Assembly (NCBI GenBank): GCA_002352665.1
Contig: DEIV01000007.1
Span: forward strand, 39,766 to 103,765
DNA from: Flavobacteriaceae bacterium UBA2765
Lineage (GTDB): Bacteria > Bacteroidota > Bacteroidia > Flavobacteriales > Flavobacteriaceae
DNA: 64,000 bases
Direction of reading: 5' to 3'
A program made the position numbers and the translations under genes. Shown one piece after another: positions 1 to 9,978 of the stretch (position 1 is its first letter; each line of letters opens with the position of its first letter). The notes below the pieces were generated by a model that searched no databases, had not been told where the DNA came from, and saw only the letters and a list, made by a program, of their open reading frames with translations.

Positions 1-1449
1 GTTGTTGTAAGAAGAACAAAATATGAATTAAAAAAAGCGGAAGCTCGTGCTCATATTTTAGAAGGATTGATAATTGCGTCTGATAATATAGATGAAGTAA
101 TTAAGATTATTAGAGCCTCTAAAAATGCTGATGAGGCTAGAGAAAATTTGATAAAGAGATTTGAATTGTCAGAAATTCAATCTAAAGCAATTGTAGAGAT
201 GAGATTGCGTCAGCTTACTGGTTTAGAGCAAGATAAACTTAGAGCGGAATATGAAGATATCATGAAGCTGATAGAAGATTTAAAAGATATTTTATCAAGT
301 GAGTCCAGAAGAATGACAATAATTAAAGAAGAATTGCAAGAGATAAAAGCCAAATATGGAGATGAGCGTCGTTCAATAATTGAATATGGTGGAGGTGATT
401 TGAGTATTGAAGATATGATACCTGATTCTAAAGTAGTAGTTACTATTTCTCATGCAGGTTATGTAAAAAGAACCAATTTAGATGAATATAAGGTTCAGAA
501 TAGAGGTGGTAGAGGTCAAAAAGGTGTAGCTACGCGAAATGAGGATTTCTTAGAACATTTGTTTGTTGCTACAAACCATCAATATATGTTATACTTTACC
601 AAAAAAGGAAAAGTATTTTGGATGCGTGTTTATGAAATACCAGAAGGAGGTAAAAATTCAAAAGGTAGGGCCATTCAAAACTTGATCAATATTGAAAATG
701 ATGATGTTGTTAATGCATTTTTGGTGACACAAGATTTAAAAGACCAAGATTATATAGATAATAATTATGTGGTTATGGTAACAAAAAAAGGGCAGACTAA
801 GAAAACGGTATTAGAGCAGTACTCAAGGCCTAGAACTAATGGTATTGCTGCAATAACAATAAAGGAAGGTGACGAATTATTAGAAGCCAAATTAACTGAT
901 GGTAATAGTCAGATTATGATCGCAGTGAAATCTGGTAAATGTATTCGTTTTGAAGAGGCAAAGACCCGACCTATGGGAAGAAATGCTTCTGGAGTTAGAG
1001 GAATTAGATTAAAAGATGACAAAGATGAGGTTATTGGGATGGTATCAGTAAATGATGAAGAAAGTAATATTTTAGTAGTTTCTGAAAATGGATATGGAAA
1101 ACGTTCTAAACTAGAAGATTATAGAATTACGAATAGAGGTGGTAAAGGTGTTAAAACCATAAATGTTACTGAAAAAACGGGCAACTTAGTATCAATAAAA
1201 AATGTTACTGATGAAGATGATTTAATGATCATTAATAAGTCGGGAATTACAATAAGAATGGCAGTTTCAGATTTACGTGTAATGGGAAGAGCTACTCAGG
1301 GAGTGCGTTTAATTAATATAAAGGATAATGATTCTATTGCGGCTGTTGCTAAAGTAATGCATGAAGATGAAGAAGATAATAATGAAAGTGATCTTGGCAC
1401 GGAAATTGAAAATAATGAAACCGACGAAACAACAAACAATCAAGAATAA
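1..1449 (+). CDS. gyrA: DNA gyrase subunit A, 5'-truncated by the window edge
   Basis: Frame is open from base 1 (VVVRRTKYELKKAEARAHILEGLIIASDNIDEVI). Contains the GyrA-box QNRGGRG, C-terminal beta-pinwheel repeats and an acidic tail. Confidence 0.97.
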   Translation, partial: VVVRRTKYELKKAEARAHILEGLIIASDNIDEVIKIIRASKNADEARENLIKRFELSEIQSKAIVEMRLRQLTGLEQDKLRAEYEDIMKLIEDLKDILSSESRRMTIIKEELQEIKAKYGDERRSIIEYGGGDLSIEDMIPDSKVVVTISHAGYVKRTNLDEYKVQNRGGRGQKGVATRNEDFLEHLFVATNHQYMLYFTKKGKVFWMRVYEIPEGGKNSKGRAIQNLINIENDDVVNAFLVTQDLKDQDYIDNNYVVMVTKKGQTKKTVLEQYSRPRTNGIAAITIKEGDELLEAKLTDGNSQIMIAVKSGKCIRFEEAKTRPMGRNASGVRGIRLKDDKDEVIGMVSVNDEESNILVVSENGYGKRSKLEDYRITNRGGKGVKTINVTEKTGNLVSIKNVTDEDDLMIINKSGITIRMAVSDLRVMGRATQGVRLINIKDNDSIAAVAKVMHEDEEDNNESDLGTEIENNETDETTNNQE

Positions 1450-1482
1450 CAATTAATTAAGAACATTAAATTTAAAACAAAA

Positions 1483-2811
1483 ATGAATTTTTCAAAGAAA
1501 AACCAAGAACCTAAAAAAATGAATGTAAACTTTTTGGGTAAAAAATCATTTGTAATGATGTTGGCTCTATTTATTGGGCTAGCAACATATGCACAAAAAG
1601 ATGAGTTGAAGGCTGCCGATAAAGCTCTAAAAGCTGATGATTTATCTACTGCTAAGGCCTCAATAGATCAGGCAGAAGGATTGATTGCTAATGCGGATGC
1701 TAAGCTTAAAGCTAAATTTTATTTTTTAAGAGCTAAGACGTATTATGATATTGGTAAAAAGAAGCCTGCTTTAGCCGAAAATGCTTATGATGAAGCAGCA
1801 AAATCTTTTCAGGATTTAATCGATTTTGAAAAACAAAGTGGAAAAGCTAAATATACAGCTGAAGCTCAACCATTACTGAATGCTTTGGTTTCTGATGTTT
1901 CAAATAAAGGAATAAAAGAATATCAAGATAAAGATTATGCTGGAGCTAAAAAAACATTGTATCAAACTTACAACTTAAGTAAAAAAGATACTGTCTTTTT
2001 AGAATATGCTGCTACAGCTGCCTATTTAGATAAGGATTTTGATATATCTTTAGAATATTTTAAAGTATTAAAAGAATTAGGTTATACAGGTATAGCAACT
2101 ACTTATTCTGCTACCAACATTGATAGTAATGCTGCTGAAAATTTTAATTCTAAATCTCAAATGGATTTGATGGTAAAAACCGGAAAATACAAAGAACCAA
2201 AAGTAGAAGTCTCAGAATCTAAAAGAGCTAATATTATAAAAAATATAGCACTTATTTTGGTAGAAAAAGGCGAAACAGAAAATGCTATTACTGCTGTACA
2301 AGAAGCAAGAAAAGCGAACCCTAAAGATGTAGATTTATTGTTTACTGAGGCTAACATCTTATTGAAGCTGGGGAAAAAGGATGAATTCGCTGTTTTAATG
2401 AAAGAGGCTATAAAAGAAGACCCTAGTAATCCAACATTGCATTTTAATGTTGGTGTGATCAGTCAAGAACAAGGTAATTTAGAAGAAGCAAAATCATATT
2501 ATGAAAAGGCAATAGAATTAGACCCTAATTATGCAGATGCTTATTTAAACATGGGAGCTTTAGTACTTGAAAAGGATAAAGAATTGGTTGAAGAAATGAA
2601 TGAAAATTTGAGTAACTTCAAAAAATACGATGCAATTAAAGCAAAACAATTAGAATTGTATAAAGAGGCTTTGCCATTATTTGAAAAAGCTCATGGTCTT
2701 AAAAAAGATAACATGGATGTGGTTAGAACATTAATGAGTATGTATGAGAACCTTGAAATGGATGATAAATTTAAAGAAATGAAAGTTCTTTGGGATGCTT
2801 CTAAGGAATAG
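1483..2811 (+). CDS. Exported tetratricopeptide repeat protein
   Basis: Signal-peptide-like N-terminus (LALFIGLATYAQ) and TPR helices (LHFNVGVISQEQGNLEEAKSYYEKAIELDPNYADAYLNMG). The true start may be a downstream Met. Confidence 0.85.
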   Translation: MNFSKKNQEPKKMNVNFLGKKSFVMMLALFIGLATYAQKDELKAADKALKADDLSTAKASIDQAEGLIANADAKLKAKFYFLRAKTYYDIGKKKPALAENAYDEAAKSFQDLIDFEKQSGKAKYTAEAQPLLNALVSDVSNKGIKEYQDKDYAGAKKTLYQTYNLSKKDTVFLEYAATAAYLDKDFDISLEYFKVLKELGYTGIATTYSATNIDSNAAENFNSKSQMDLMVKTGKYKEPKVEVSESKRANIIKNIALILVEKGETENAITAVQEARKANPKDVDLLFTEANILLKLGKKDEFAVLMKEAIKEDPSNPTLHFNVGVISQEQGNLEEAKSYYEKAIELDPNYADAYLNMGALVLEKDKELVEEMNENLSNFKKYDAIKAKQLELYKEALPLFEKAHGLKKDNMDVVRTLMSMYENLEMDDKFKEMKVLWDASKE

Positions 2812-2831
2812 TAAAACTTAAATTATAAAAT

Positions 2832-2863
2832 AAAAGCCTGTTATAATTGTATAACAGGCTTTT
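2832..2863. terminator. Bidirectional intrinsic terminator
   Basis: Perfect 14-bp inverted repeat AAAAGCCTGTTATA-attg-TATAACAGGCTTTT with A/T tracts on both sides, between convergent genes. Confidence 0.9.
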
Positions 2864-2904
2864 TTATTTAAGGGCGATTCAATTAACAGAACTCCGGTTA
2901 TTAT

Positions 2905-3675
2905 TTACAATATCTTTTTAATAACTCTTAATTTGTAGGTATGTTTTTTAAGATCTGCATTATAGATTCCGCTATGATCGAGTCTATCTATGCGTACCTT
3001 GCCGCTAGAATGTATAATATGATTGTTTGCTAAAATTATGCCCACATGTATAATCTGACCTTCATTATCATCAAAAAAAGCCAAATCACCCGGTTCTGAT
3101 TCTTCAATAAAACTTAAAACTTCTCCTTGAGTGGCTTGTTCTGATGCTTTTCTCAATAATTTATATCCATTAAGTTTATATACCATTTGCGTAAACCCTG
3201 AACTATCAATACCAAAAGGTGTTTTACCGCCCCATAAATAAGGGGAACTCAAATACATAAATGCTGATCTAATAAGTTTTTCTTTAGAAAATATTTCCGT
3301 TGTAACCCTTCCTTCAAATGACCATTTTTCACCAATAAAATCGAATTGTTTTTTTTGATAGTACGGTAATCTACTCCCAAGAACTATGGCTAATAAATCA
3401 CCTTTTTTGTCTTCTGCAAAATCAACCAACTCATATGATGAAATGTGTTTGTCCTTTGATAATTTCTCAAAATATTCTTTAGAAATTGCTGTATATTGTT
3501 CAATTGAAATCCACCCCTCACAATTATCAAAAGCTATATTGACTTTTAACCAATATTTATTCTCCTGTATCACTTTATAATGATCTCCAAATAATATTTG
3601 GGATACCATTTCACTAGAATTATCAGGTGATTCTCGGAGTGGAATATTACTTAGATTGCAAATACCATATTTCAT
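2905..3675 (-). CDS. SH3b + NlpC/P60 (C40) family protein with Ser in place of the catalytic Cys
   Basis: PYLWGGKTPFGIDSSGFTQ, PGDLAFF, HVGI and IIH motifs, plus an N-terminal SH3-like segment (PLRESPDNSSEMVSQILFGD). Confidence 0.9.
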   Translation of the reverse strand: MKYGICNLSNIPLRESPDNSSEMVSQILFGDHYKVIQENKYWLKVNIAFDNCEGWISIEQYTAISKEYFEKLSKDKHISSYELVDFAEDKKGDLLAIVLGSRLPYYQKKQFDFIGEKWSFEGRVTTEIFSKEKLIRSAFMYLSSPYLWGGKTPFGIDSSGFTQMVYKLNGYKLLRKASEQATQGEVLSFIEESEPGDLAFFDDNEGQIIHVGIILANNHIIHSSGKVRIDRLDHSGIYNADLKKHTYKLRVIKKIL

Positions 3676-3692
3676 TAATCAAAGATGTTTTT

Positions 3693-4868
3693 TTAATTAT
3701 TTTGAATAACGATAGCACTTGCACCACCACCACCATTGCATATGGCAGCTGCACCTAGTTTACCATTGTTTTGTTTTAATACATTTATCAATGTGACCAC
3801 TATTCGTGCTCCGGAACAACCCAAAGGATGACCAAGAGAAACAGCTCCACCATTTACATTTACTTTACTGGAATCTAGATCTAAAAGTTTAGTGTTTACC
3901 AATCCAACTACAGAAAATGCTTCATTGAATTCAAAATAGTCAATTGCATCAATAGTTAAATCAGCTTTAGCGAGTGCTTTAGGCAATGCTTTTGCAGGTG
4001 CAATAGTGAACCATTCCGGTTGAACAGAGGCATCAGCATATCCTTTAATTGTAGCAAGAGGTTTTAAGTTTAATTCTAATGCCTTTTCTTTACTCATTAA
4101 AACCAATGCCGCAGCTCCATCATTAAGCGTTGATGCGTTTGCTGCAGTAACTGTACCGTCTTTGCTAAAAACAGGCCTTAAATTTGGAATTTTATCCATA
4201 TTCACATTTCTAAATTCTTCATCTTCAGTAATCAATAAGGGTTCTCTCTTTCTTTGAGGAACTTCAACGGGTATTACTTCGTCTTTAAATCTTCCATTTG
4301 ACCATGCTAAGGCAGATCTTTTATAAGATTCAATAGCAAAAGCATCTTGATCTTCCCTAGAGAAATCATGCTCAGTAGCACATAAATCGCCACATGTACC
4401 CATATGCTTTCCGTCGTAAACATTTGTCAAGCCATCTTTGAGCAAACCATCTTCCAAATTAATATTACCCATTTTCTTACCGGTTCTTCCTTGAAGATAA
4501 TGAGGTGTTAATGACATGTTTTCCATACCTCCGGCTACAACAATATCTGCGTCTCCTAGTTGAATTGCTTGTACAGCTTGCGTGATTGCTTTCATACCAG
4601 AAGCACATACTTTATTAACAGTGGTACAAGGTACAGTATCCGGTATACCTGCATATAAAGCCGCTTGCTTAGCAGGAGCTTGTCCTAAACTGGCTTGTAA
4701 TACTGAGCCCATTAAAACTTCATCAACTTTATCAGGTTTTAAATTTATTTTTTCTAGTGCAGCCTTAATAGCAGTAGCACCTAATTTTGTTGCTGGGATA
4801 CTCGATAAACTACCCATAAAACTACCAATTGGCGTTCTTACTGCTGATACAATTACTATATCTTTCAT
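3693..4868 (-). CDS. atoB: Acetyl-CoA C-acetyltransferase (thiolase)
   Basis: Thiolase catalytic motifs NKVCASG, NEAF, GHPLGCSG and CNGGGG. Confidence 0.93.
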   Translation of the reverse strand: MKDIVIVSAVRTPIGSFMGSLSSIPATKLGATAIKAALEKINLKPDKVDEVLMGSVLQASLGQAPAKQAALYAGIPDTVPCTTVNKVCASGMKAITQAVQAIQLGDADIVVAGGMENMSLTPHYLQGRTGKKMGNINLEDGLLKDGLTNVYDGKHMGTCGDLCATEHDFSREDQDAFAIESYKRSALAWSNGRFKDEVIPVEVPQRKREPLLITEDEEFRNVNMDKIPNLRPVFSKDGTVTAANASTLNDGAAALVLMSKEKALELNLKPLATIKGYADASVQPEWFTIAPAKALPKALAKADLTIDAIDYFEFNEAFSVVGLVNTKLLDLDSSKVNVNGGAVSLGHPLGCSGARIVVTLINVLKQNNGKLGAAAICNGGGGASAIVIQNN

Positions 4869-5008
4869 ATCTTTAAAATATCTTTTGCGAATTTAGATAA
4901 TTTTCATCAATCTTGAAATATTATAAGAGAGTTTATAAAATGTAACAATTATTACATAATTAAGCTATAGGTTTCCTATTTTGCATAATAAATCAAAAAC
5001 AGAATTAT

Positions 5009-6376
5009 ATGAGTATAAATGAAGAATTTAGAAAGCATTATGTTGCAGTAATTGGTGGTTCAATATCAGGTTCAGAAGCTGCCAGTTTACTAGCCCAAAA
5101 TGGATTTAGAGTTGTTGTTTTTGATATGAATAGGTTACCTTATGGCAAGATAGAAGACGGTTTACCTAACTGGCACATTAATTTGAGAAATAGACAAATA
5201 AAGGAAATTGATAAAAAGTTAAATCATCCAAATATTAGATTTGTGCCCTGTGCAAAAATTGGAAAAGACATAACATTTTTAGATTTAGTTAAAAATTGGG
5301 GATTTTCAGCAATAATTATGGCAAATGGAGCTTGGCAAGATAGGCATTTGCCTATTTCTAATATTGATAAATTTATTGATAGGGAATTGATTTATCAAAA
5401 TGCATTTATCAATTGGTTTAACCATAAACATGAACCTGATTTTAAAGGAAAAATATACTCAATTAAAAGTGATACCATAGTTATAGGTGGGGGTTTATCT
5501 TCACTAGATGTTGTAAAAGTGATTATGATAGAAAAAGTAAAACAACATTTATTTTCTGAAAAAGGGATTGATATTGATCTGTTTACTTTAGAAAAAGAGG
5601 GTGTTCAAAAGGTGTTGGATAAATTCAATATTTCATTAGAAGATATTAATGTTAAAAAGGCAAAACTTATCTATAGGCGTACAGCTAGAGACATGCCGTT
5701 AAAATCTCCCAAAGATGACACTAAAGAAAGTGTTGAAGCTGCTAAAGCGGTATCAGAAAAGTTATTGAATAAATATCTAGAGAAATATTTATTTGAATTT
5801 GTTCCTTTAAGTATACCTGTTAATTTTACAGAGAAAGACAATAAATTAACAAGCATTGTTTTTCAAAATGTATCTTTAAATGAAGGTAAAATAGAACCAA
5901 TTGAGCAAAGTTATTTTGAAATTAAAACAGGTATGGTAATATCATCTATTGGTAGTATTCCTGAAAAAGTTGAAGGACTACAATATGAATATTCATCCTT
6001 AAAGATGCGAGATGAAGCCGACTATCATGTATTTGGTTATGATAATGTTTTTGCGGTTGGTAACGCCGTAACAGGAAGAGGAAATATTTTAGATTCAAAA
6101 ATGCACGGAAAACAAATGACCAAATTAATTATAGATAAACATTTAACTGATGATGCCTTTGAAAAATGGTTAGTTAATCATAATAATCAAATAAAAAATG
6201 ATGTAAATGAACAACTAAATAATATAGTAAAAGAAATATCAGAACATAAAATACAACCGGAATCTATAATTCGAGCTATTTTAGATAAAACGGATGCCAT
6301 GCATAAAAAAATAGACTTTAAAAACTATACAGATTGGGTTACCAATAACTTACCCATAAGATTAGAAGACGTTTAA
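5009..6376 (+). CDS. FAD-dependent oxidoreductase, ferredoxin/adrenodoxin-NADP+ reductase-like
   Basis: N-terminal Rossmann-like VAVIGGSISGSEAA, PYGKIEDG, second dinucleotide motif VIGGG..SLDVVK, IYRR and C-terminal VFAVGNA. Confidence 0.7.
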   Translation: MSINEEFRKHYVAVIGGSISGSEAASLLAQNGFRVVVFDMNRLPYGKIEDGLPNWHINLRNRQIKEIDKKLNHPNIRFVPCAKIGKDITFLDLVKNWGFSAIIMANGAWQDRHLPISNIDKFIDRELIYQNAFINWFNHKHEPDFKGKIYSIKSDTIVIGGGLSSLDVVKVIMIEKVKQHLFSEKGIDIDLFTLEKEGVQKVLDKFNISLEDINVKKAKLIYRRTARDMPLKSPKDDTKESVEAAKAVSEKLLNKYLEKYLFEFVPLSIPVNFTEKDNKLTSIVFQNVSLNEGKIEPIEQSYFEIKTGMVISSIGSIPEKVEGLQYEYSSLKMRDEADYHVFGYDNVFAVGNAVTGRGNILDSKMHGKQMTKLIIDKHLTDDAFEKWLVNHNNQIKNDVNEQLNNIVKEISEHKIQPESIIRAILDKTDAMHKKIDFKNYTDWVTNNLPIRLEDV

Positions 6377-6528
6377 ATGATAAATTATCCATACAAAATG
6401 TTAATTTCGAAGGTAATTAAACTATTCTTTTTTCTTAACTTAAAATAAAACTTACACTTTATAGTTATTATCAAGTTCTAATGTGCTATTTTTTTTTACA
6501 TTGCATCTAAGTTATAATAATACGACTA

Positions 6529-8601
6529 ATGAAAAAACTTAATTTGAGTGATTTTTTAAATAAATTGTATCAAAATCATGCTTTATTATATAAAATTGTT
6601 CTTTTCATTTTAACCACTTTTGCTATAGTTTATTTATTTCCTAAAGGAGCTCATTTCAAATATGAATTTCAAAGAGGGAAACCTTGGCAATATGATAATC
6701 TTTATGCTCCGTTTGATTTCGCTATTCAAAAATCAGATCAAAAATTAGAAGAAGAAAGGCAAATCGTTATATCTAATAATAAATTATATTTTTCATATAA
6801 TAAAAATATTGTCAAAAGTGTAAAGGAAAAAGTCAATAATAAAATATCTCAAAATTTACAAGATTCTATACTAAGTAAATATAACGGTAAAAAAATTATC
6901 AGTTTTTCTGATAGATTAGTTGAGCAGGTGTACATTAAGGGATATCTTAGTAAGAATGATATCAACAAGTCCGGTAAAAAACAATTAGTTGCATTAAGAA
7001 AAGGCAATGTAATTACTGATGTAGTTTTTGATAGTTTTATTAGCAACACTAACCTAAAAGATTTTATTGAACAACAAATTAATAATTCAAAATATCCTCT
7101 GTTAAAGAGTTATTTTACCACTATTTTATTAAATGAATTAGAACCTAATGTATTTTATGATGATGACCTAACAAAAAAAATTATACAAGAAGAGTTAAGT
7201 AAAATTTCATCTACTGAAGGTTTGGTTGCTGAAAATGAGAGAATTATTTCAAAAGGAGATGTAGTTGAGGGTCATAAATTCAGAATATTAAATTCCTTAC
7301 AGAATGAATCTGAATCTCAAGTTTGGAATCAGACTAATTATTATTGGATAGTATTTGGATATATTATTCTAGTAGCATTGGCCTTGTTAATGCTATTGTT
7401 ATTTTTAAAAAAATACCGAGGCTCCATATTTGAAAACAATACAAAAGTCACTTTTATTTTTTTTAATATTCTTTTAATAGTATTGATAGTCACTTTGGTA
7501 GTTAAGTATAAAGTAGATTTTCTCTATGTAATTCCATTACCTATTTTACCTATAGTGCTGAAAGCGTTTTTTGATGCTCGTTTAGGTTTGTTTACCCATG
7601 TTTTAACAGTTTTATTATTGGGTTTTATTGTGCCTAATAGTTTTGAATTCATTTTTCTACAAATTATCGCAGGTATTATTACCATTCTTACAGTTTCTGA
7701 GTTGCATAGACGTGCCAATTTATTTATATCAATAAGTCGAATTACATTGGTATATATGGTAGCTTATTTTGCGTTTTATATAATACAAGAAGGAAATATA
7801 TTAAAAATTAATTGGCAATATTTTATTTTGTTTGCCTTGAATGGTGTTTTATCATTCCTGTCATTGTTTTTGATTTATGTATATGAAAAAACCTTTGGTT
7901 TGGTATCTGATGTATCTTTATTAGAATTGTCAAATACCAATTCAAAATTATTGAGAGAACTAGCTGAGAAAGCACCTGGTACTTTTCAACATTCTATGCA
8001 GGTTGCTAATTTGGCCGAAGCTTCAGCCAATGCTATTGGTGCAAATGCCATGTTAATTAGAACCGGTGCTTTATACCATGATATTGGTAAAATGTTAAAT
8101 CCGAAATATTTTACAGAAAATCAATCAACAAATGTCAATCCACATAACGAATTACCACCTAAAGATAGTGCTAAGATCATTATTGATCATGTAATAGATG
8201 GTATAGAATTGGCTAAAAAAAATAGATTACCTGATAGAATTATTGATTTTATTAGAACGCATCATGGAACTTCATTAGTTTATTATTTTTACAAACAACA
8301 AGAATCAGAAAACTCACAAGATTTAGATAGTAAAGATTTTTCATATAAAGGTCCAATTCCTTTTTCAAAAGAAACAGCTATATTAATGATGTGTGATGCA
8401 GCTGAGGCAGCTTCTAAAAGTTTAAAAGAACCTAGTGCACAACTTATTGATGATCTCATTGAGAAAATTGTAGCCGGTCAAATGGCGAATGGACAATTTA
8501 TGAATGCTGATATTACTTTTAAAGAAATTCAAACCATTAAAAAAGTAATTAAAAAGAAATTGAATGGTATTTACCATTTGAGGATAGAGTATCCTGAATA
8601 A
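6529..8601 (+). CDS. 7TM-HD (HDIG) membrane phosphohydrolase, PgpH-like
   Basis: Extracytoplasmic domain, a multi-TM block, then PGTFQHS, YHDIGK, HHGT and DAAEAA motifs. Confidence 0.9.
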   Translation: MKKLNLSDFLNKLYQNHALLYKIVLFILTTFAIVYLFPKGAHFKYEFQRGKPWQYDNLYAPFDFAIQKSDQKLEEERQIVISNNKLYFSYNKNIVKSVKEKVNNKISQNLQDSILSKYNGKKIISFSDRLVEQVYIKGYLSKNDINKSGKKQLVALRKGNVITDVVFDSFISNTNLKDFIEQQINNSKYPLLKSYFTTILLNELEPNVFYDDDLTKKIIQEELSKISSTEGLVAENERIISKGDVVEGHKFRILNSLQNESESQVWNQTNYYWIVFGYIILVALALLMLLLFLKKYRGSIFENNTKVTFIFFNILLIVLIVTLVVKYKVDFLYVIPLPILPIVLKAFFDARLGLFTHVLTVLLLGFIVPNSFEFIFLQIIAGIITILTVSELHRRANLFISISRITLVYMVAYFAFYIIQEGNILKINWQYFILFALNGVLSFLSLFLIYVYEKTFGLVSDVSLLELSNTNSKLLRELAEKAPGTFQHSMQVANLAEASANAIGANAMLIRTGALYHDIGKMLNPKYFTENQSTNVNPHNELPPKDSAKIIIDHVIDGIELAKKNRLPDRIIDFIRTHHGTSLVYYFYKQQESENSQDLDSKDFSYKGPIPFSKETAILMMCDAAEAASKSLKEPSAQLIDDLIEKIVAGQMANGQFMNADITFKEIQTIKKVIKKKLNGIYHLRIEYPE

Positions 8602-8623
8602 ATATTATAAGTCTTTCCAAGAA

Positions 8624-8660
8624 AAAAGGAGTAAATTTAAGACTTAAACTTACTCCTTTT
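8624..8660. terminator. Bidirectional intrinsic terminator
   Basis: 18-nt arms AAAAGGAGTAAATTTAAG / CTTAAACTTACTCCTTTT (one mismatch) between convergent genes. Confidence 0.85.
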
Positions 8661-8774
8661 AAACTAAAAAAATCAACTGTATAAACTTATTAACTCTTAT
8701 ATGAAAAGAATAGTCAAATTTAGATAGAAAATTAGAATTAGATAGTAACTTAGGTTACAGAATAAATTAAAATT

Positions 8775-9959
8775 TTAGTTCAATATTTGAAAGGTTTGTT
8801 TAGCTATTTCTAATTCTTCATTTGTAGGAACCACAAGTATTTTTACTTTAGCAGAAGTTTGATGTATAGCCCTGATATTGCTATTTCTAATTTCATTTTT
8901 AGAATCATCTAATACAATATTCAAATAATCCATATTGTCACAAATCAATTGCCTTAGTTTGCTTGAATTTTCACCAATACCTGCCGTAAAAACAATGGCA
9001 TCTAGGCCATTCATGGCAGCGGTATATGCTCCAATATATTTTTTTATTCTGTAGGCATTCATTTCTAATGCCAACAAACAATCTTTATTGCCATTTTCTG
9101 CTTCAGATTGAATATCTCTTAAATCACTATAACCCGTTAATCCCAACATGCCACTTTTTTTATTCAGAATAGCATTAATTTTATCCAAATCATAGCCTAG
9201 ACTATTTACCATATGGAAAATAATAGAATGATCTATATCACCACTTCTAGAACCCATAATGAGTCCGTTAGATGGACCAAAGCCTAAACTATGATCTATA
9301 CTCTTACCATCTTTAATTGCGGTTATACTACATCCGTTTCCTAAATGAATAGTAATTATTTTTGATGCCTTTAATTGTAAAAAATCAATGGCCTTTTCAG
9401 ATACATATTTATGACTAGTGCCATGAAAACCATAAACCCTAATTCCATGTTCCGTATAAAACTCATTTGGAATGGCATATTTACTCGCTTTAATAGGAAT
9501 GGTTTGATGAAATGCGGTATCAAATACTGCTACCTGATTGGCAGAAGGAAAAATTTGTTCCGCCAATAGTATACCTTCTAAATTATGAGGATTATGCAAT
9601 GGAGCTAATTCAGCATATGCTTCAATTTTATCCTTTACTGCCTTGCTTATTAATGTGGTTTTAGAAAATGAATTTCCACCGTGAACCACTCTATGGCCCA
9701 CAGCATCAATTTCACTTGTATTTTTTATTACACCAATTTCAGTGTCTAATAAATATTCAGATATTTTTTTTAGACCGGCTTTATGATTGACAATTTCATA
9801 ATGCTTCTTTAACTCAGTAGAGTTGGTTTGATATTGTAGTAAAGCATCTTTAGCACCAATTCTTTCAATAATACCTTGACAAATTACAGCTTCTTGAGGC
9901 ATTTGAATCAATTGATATTTTATAGAAGAGCTACCCGAGTTTATAATTAATATTTTCAT
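8775..9959 (-). CDS. ackA: Acetate kinase
   Basis: INSGSSSIKY, GHRVVHGG, APLHNP, FDTAFH, YGFHGTSH, HLGNG, FTAGIGEN and PTNEE motifs. Confidence 0.97.
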   Translation of the reverse strand: MKILIINSGSSSIKYQLIQMPQEAVICQGIIERIGAKDALLQYQTNSTELKKHYEIVNHKAGLKKISEYLLDTEIGVIKNTSEIDAVGHRVVHGGNSFSKTTLISKAVKDKIEAYAELAPLHNPHNLEGILLAEQIFPSANQVAVFDTAFHQTIPIKASKYAIPNEFYTEHGIRVYGFHGTSHKYVSEKAIDFLQLKASKIITIHLGNGCSITAIKDGKSIDHSLGFGPSNGLIMGSRSGDIDHSIIFHMVNSLGYDLDKINAILNKKSGMLGLTGYSDLRDIQSEAENGNKDCLLALEMNAYRIKKYIGAYTAAMNGLDAIVFTAGIGENSSKLRQLICDNMDYLNIVLDDSKNEIRNSNIRAIHQTSAKVKILVVPTNEELEIAKQTFQILN

Positions 9960-9978
9960 GTATTTTATATAAGAATTA

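Noticed and set aside
1-1449. parC
   Set aside because: The GyrA-box and acidic tail indicate gyrA.
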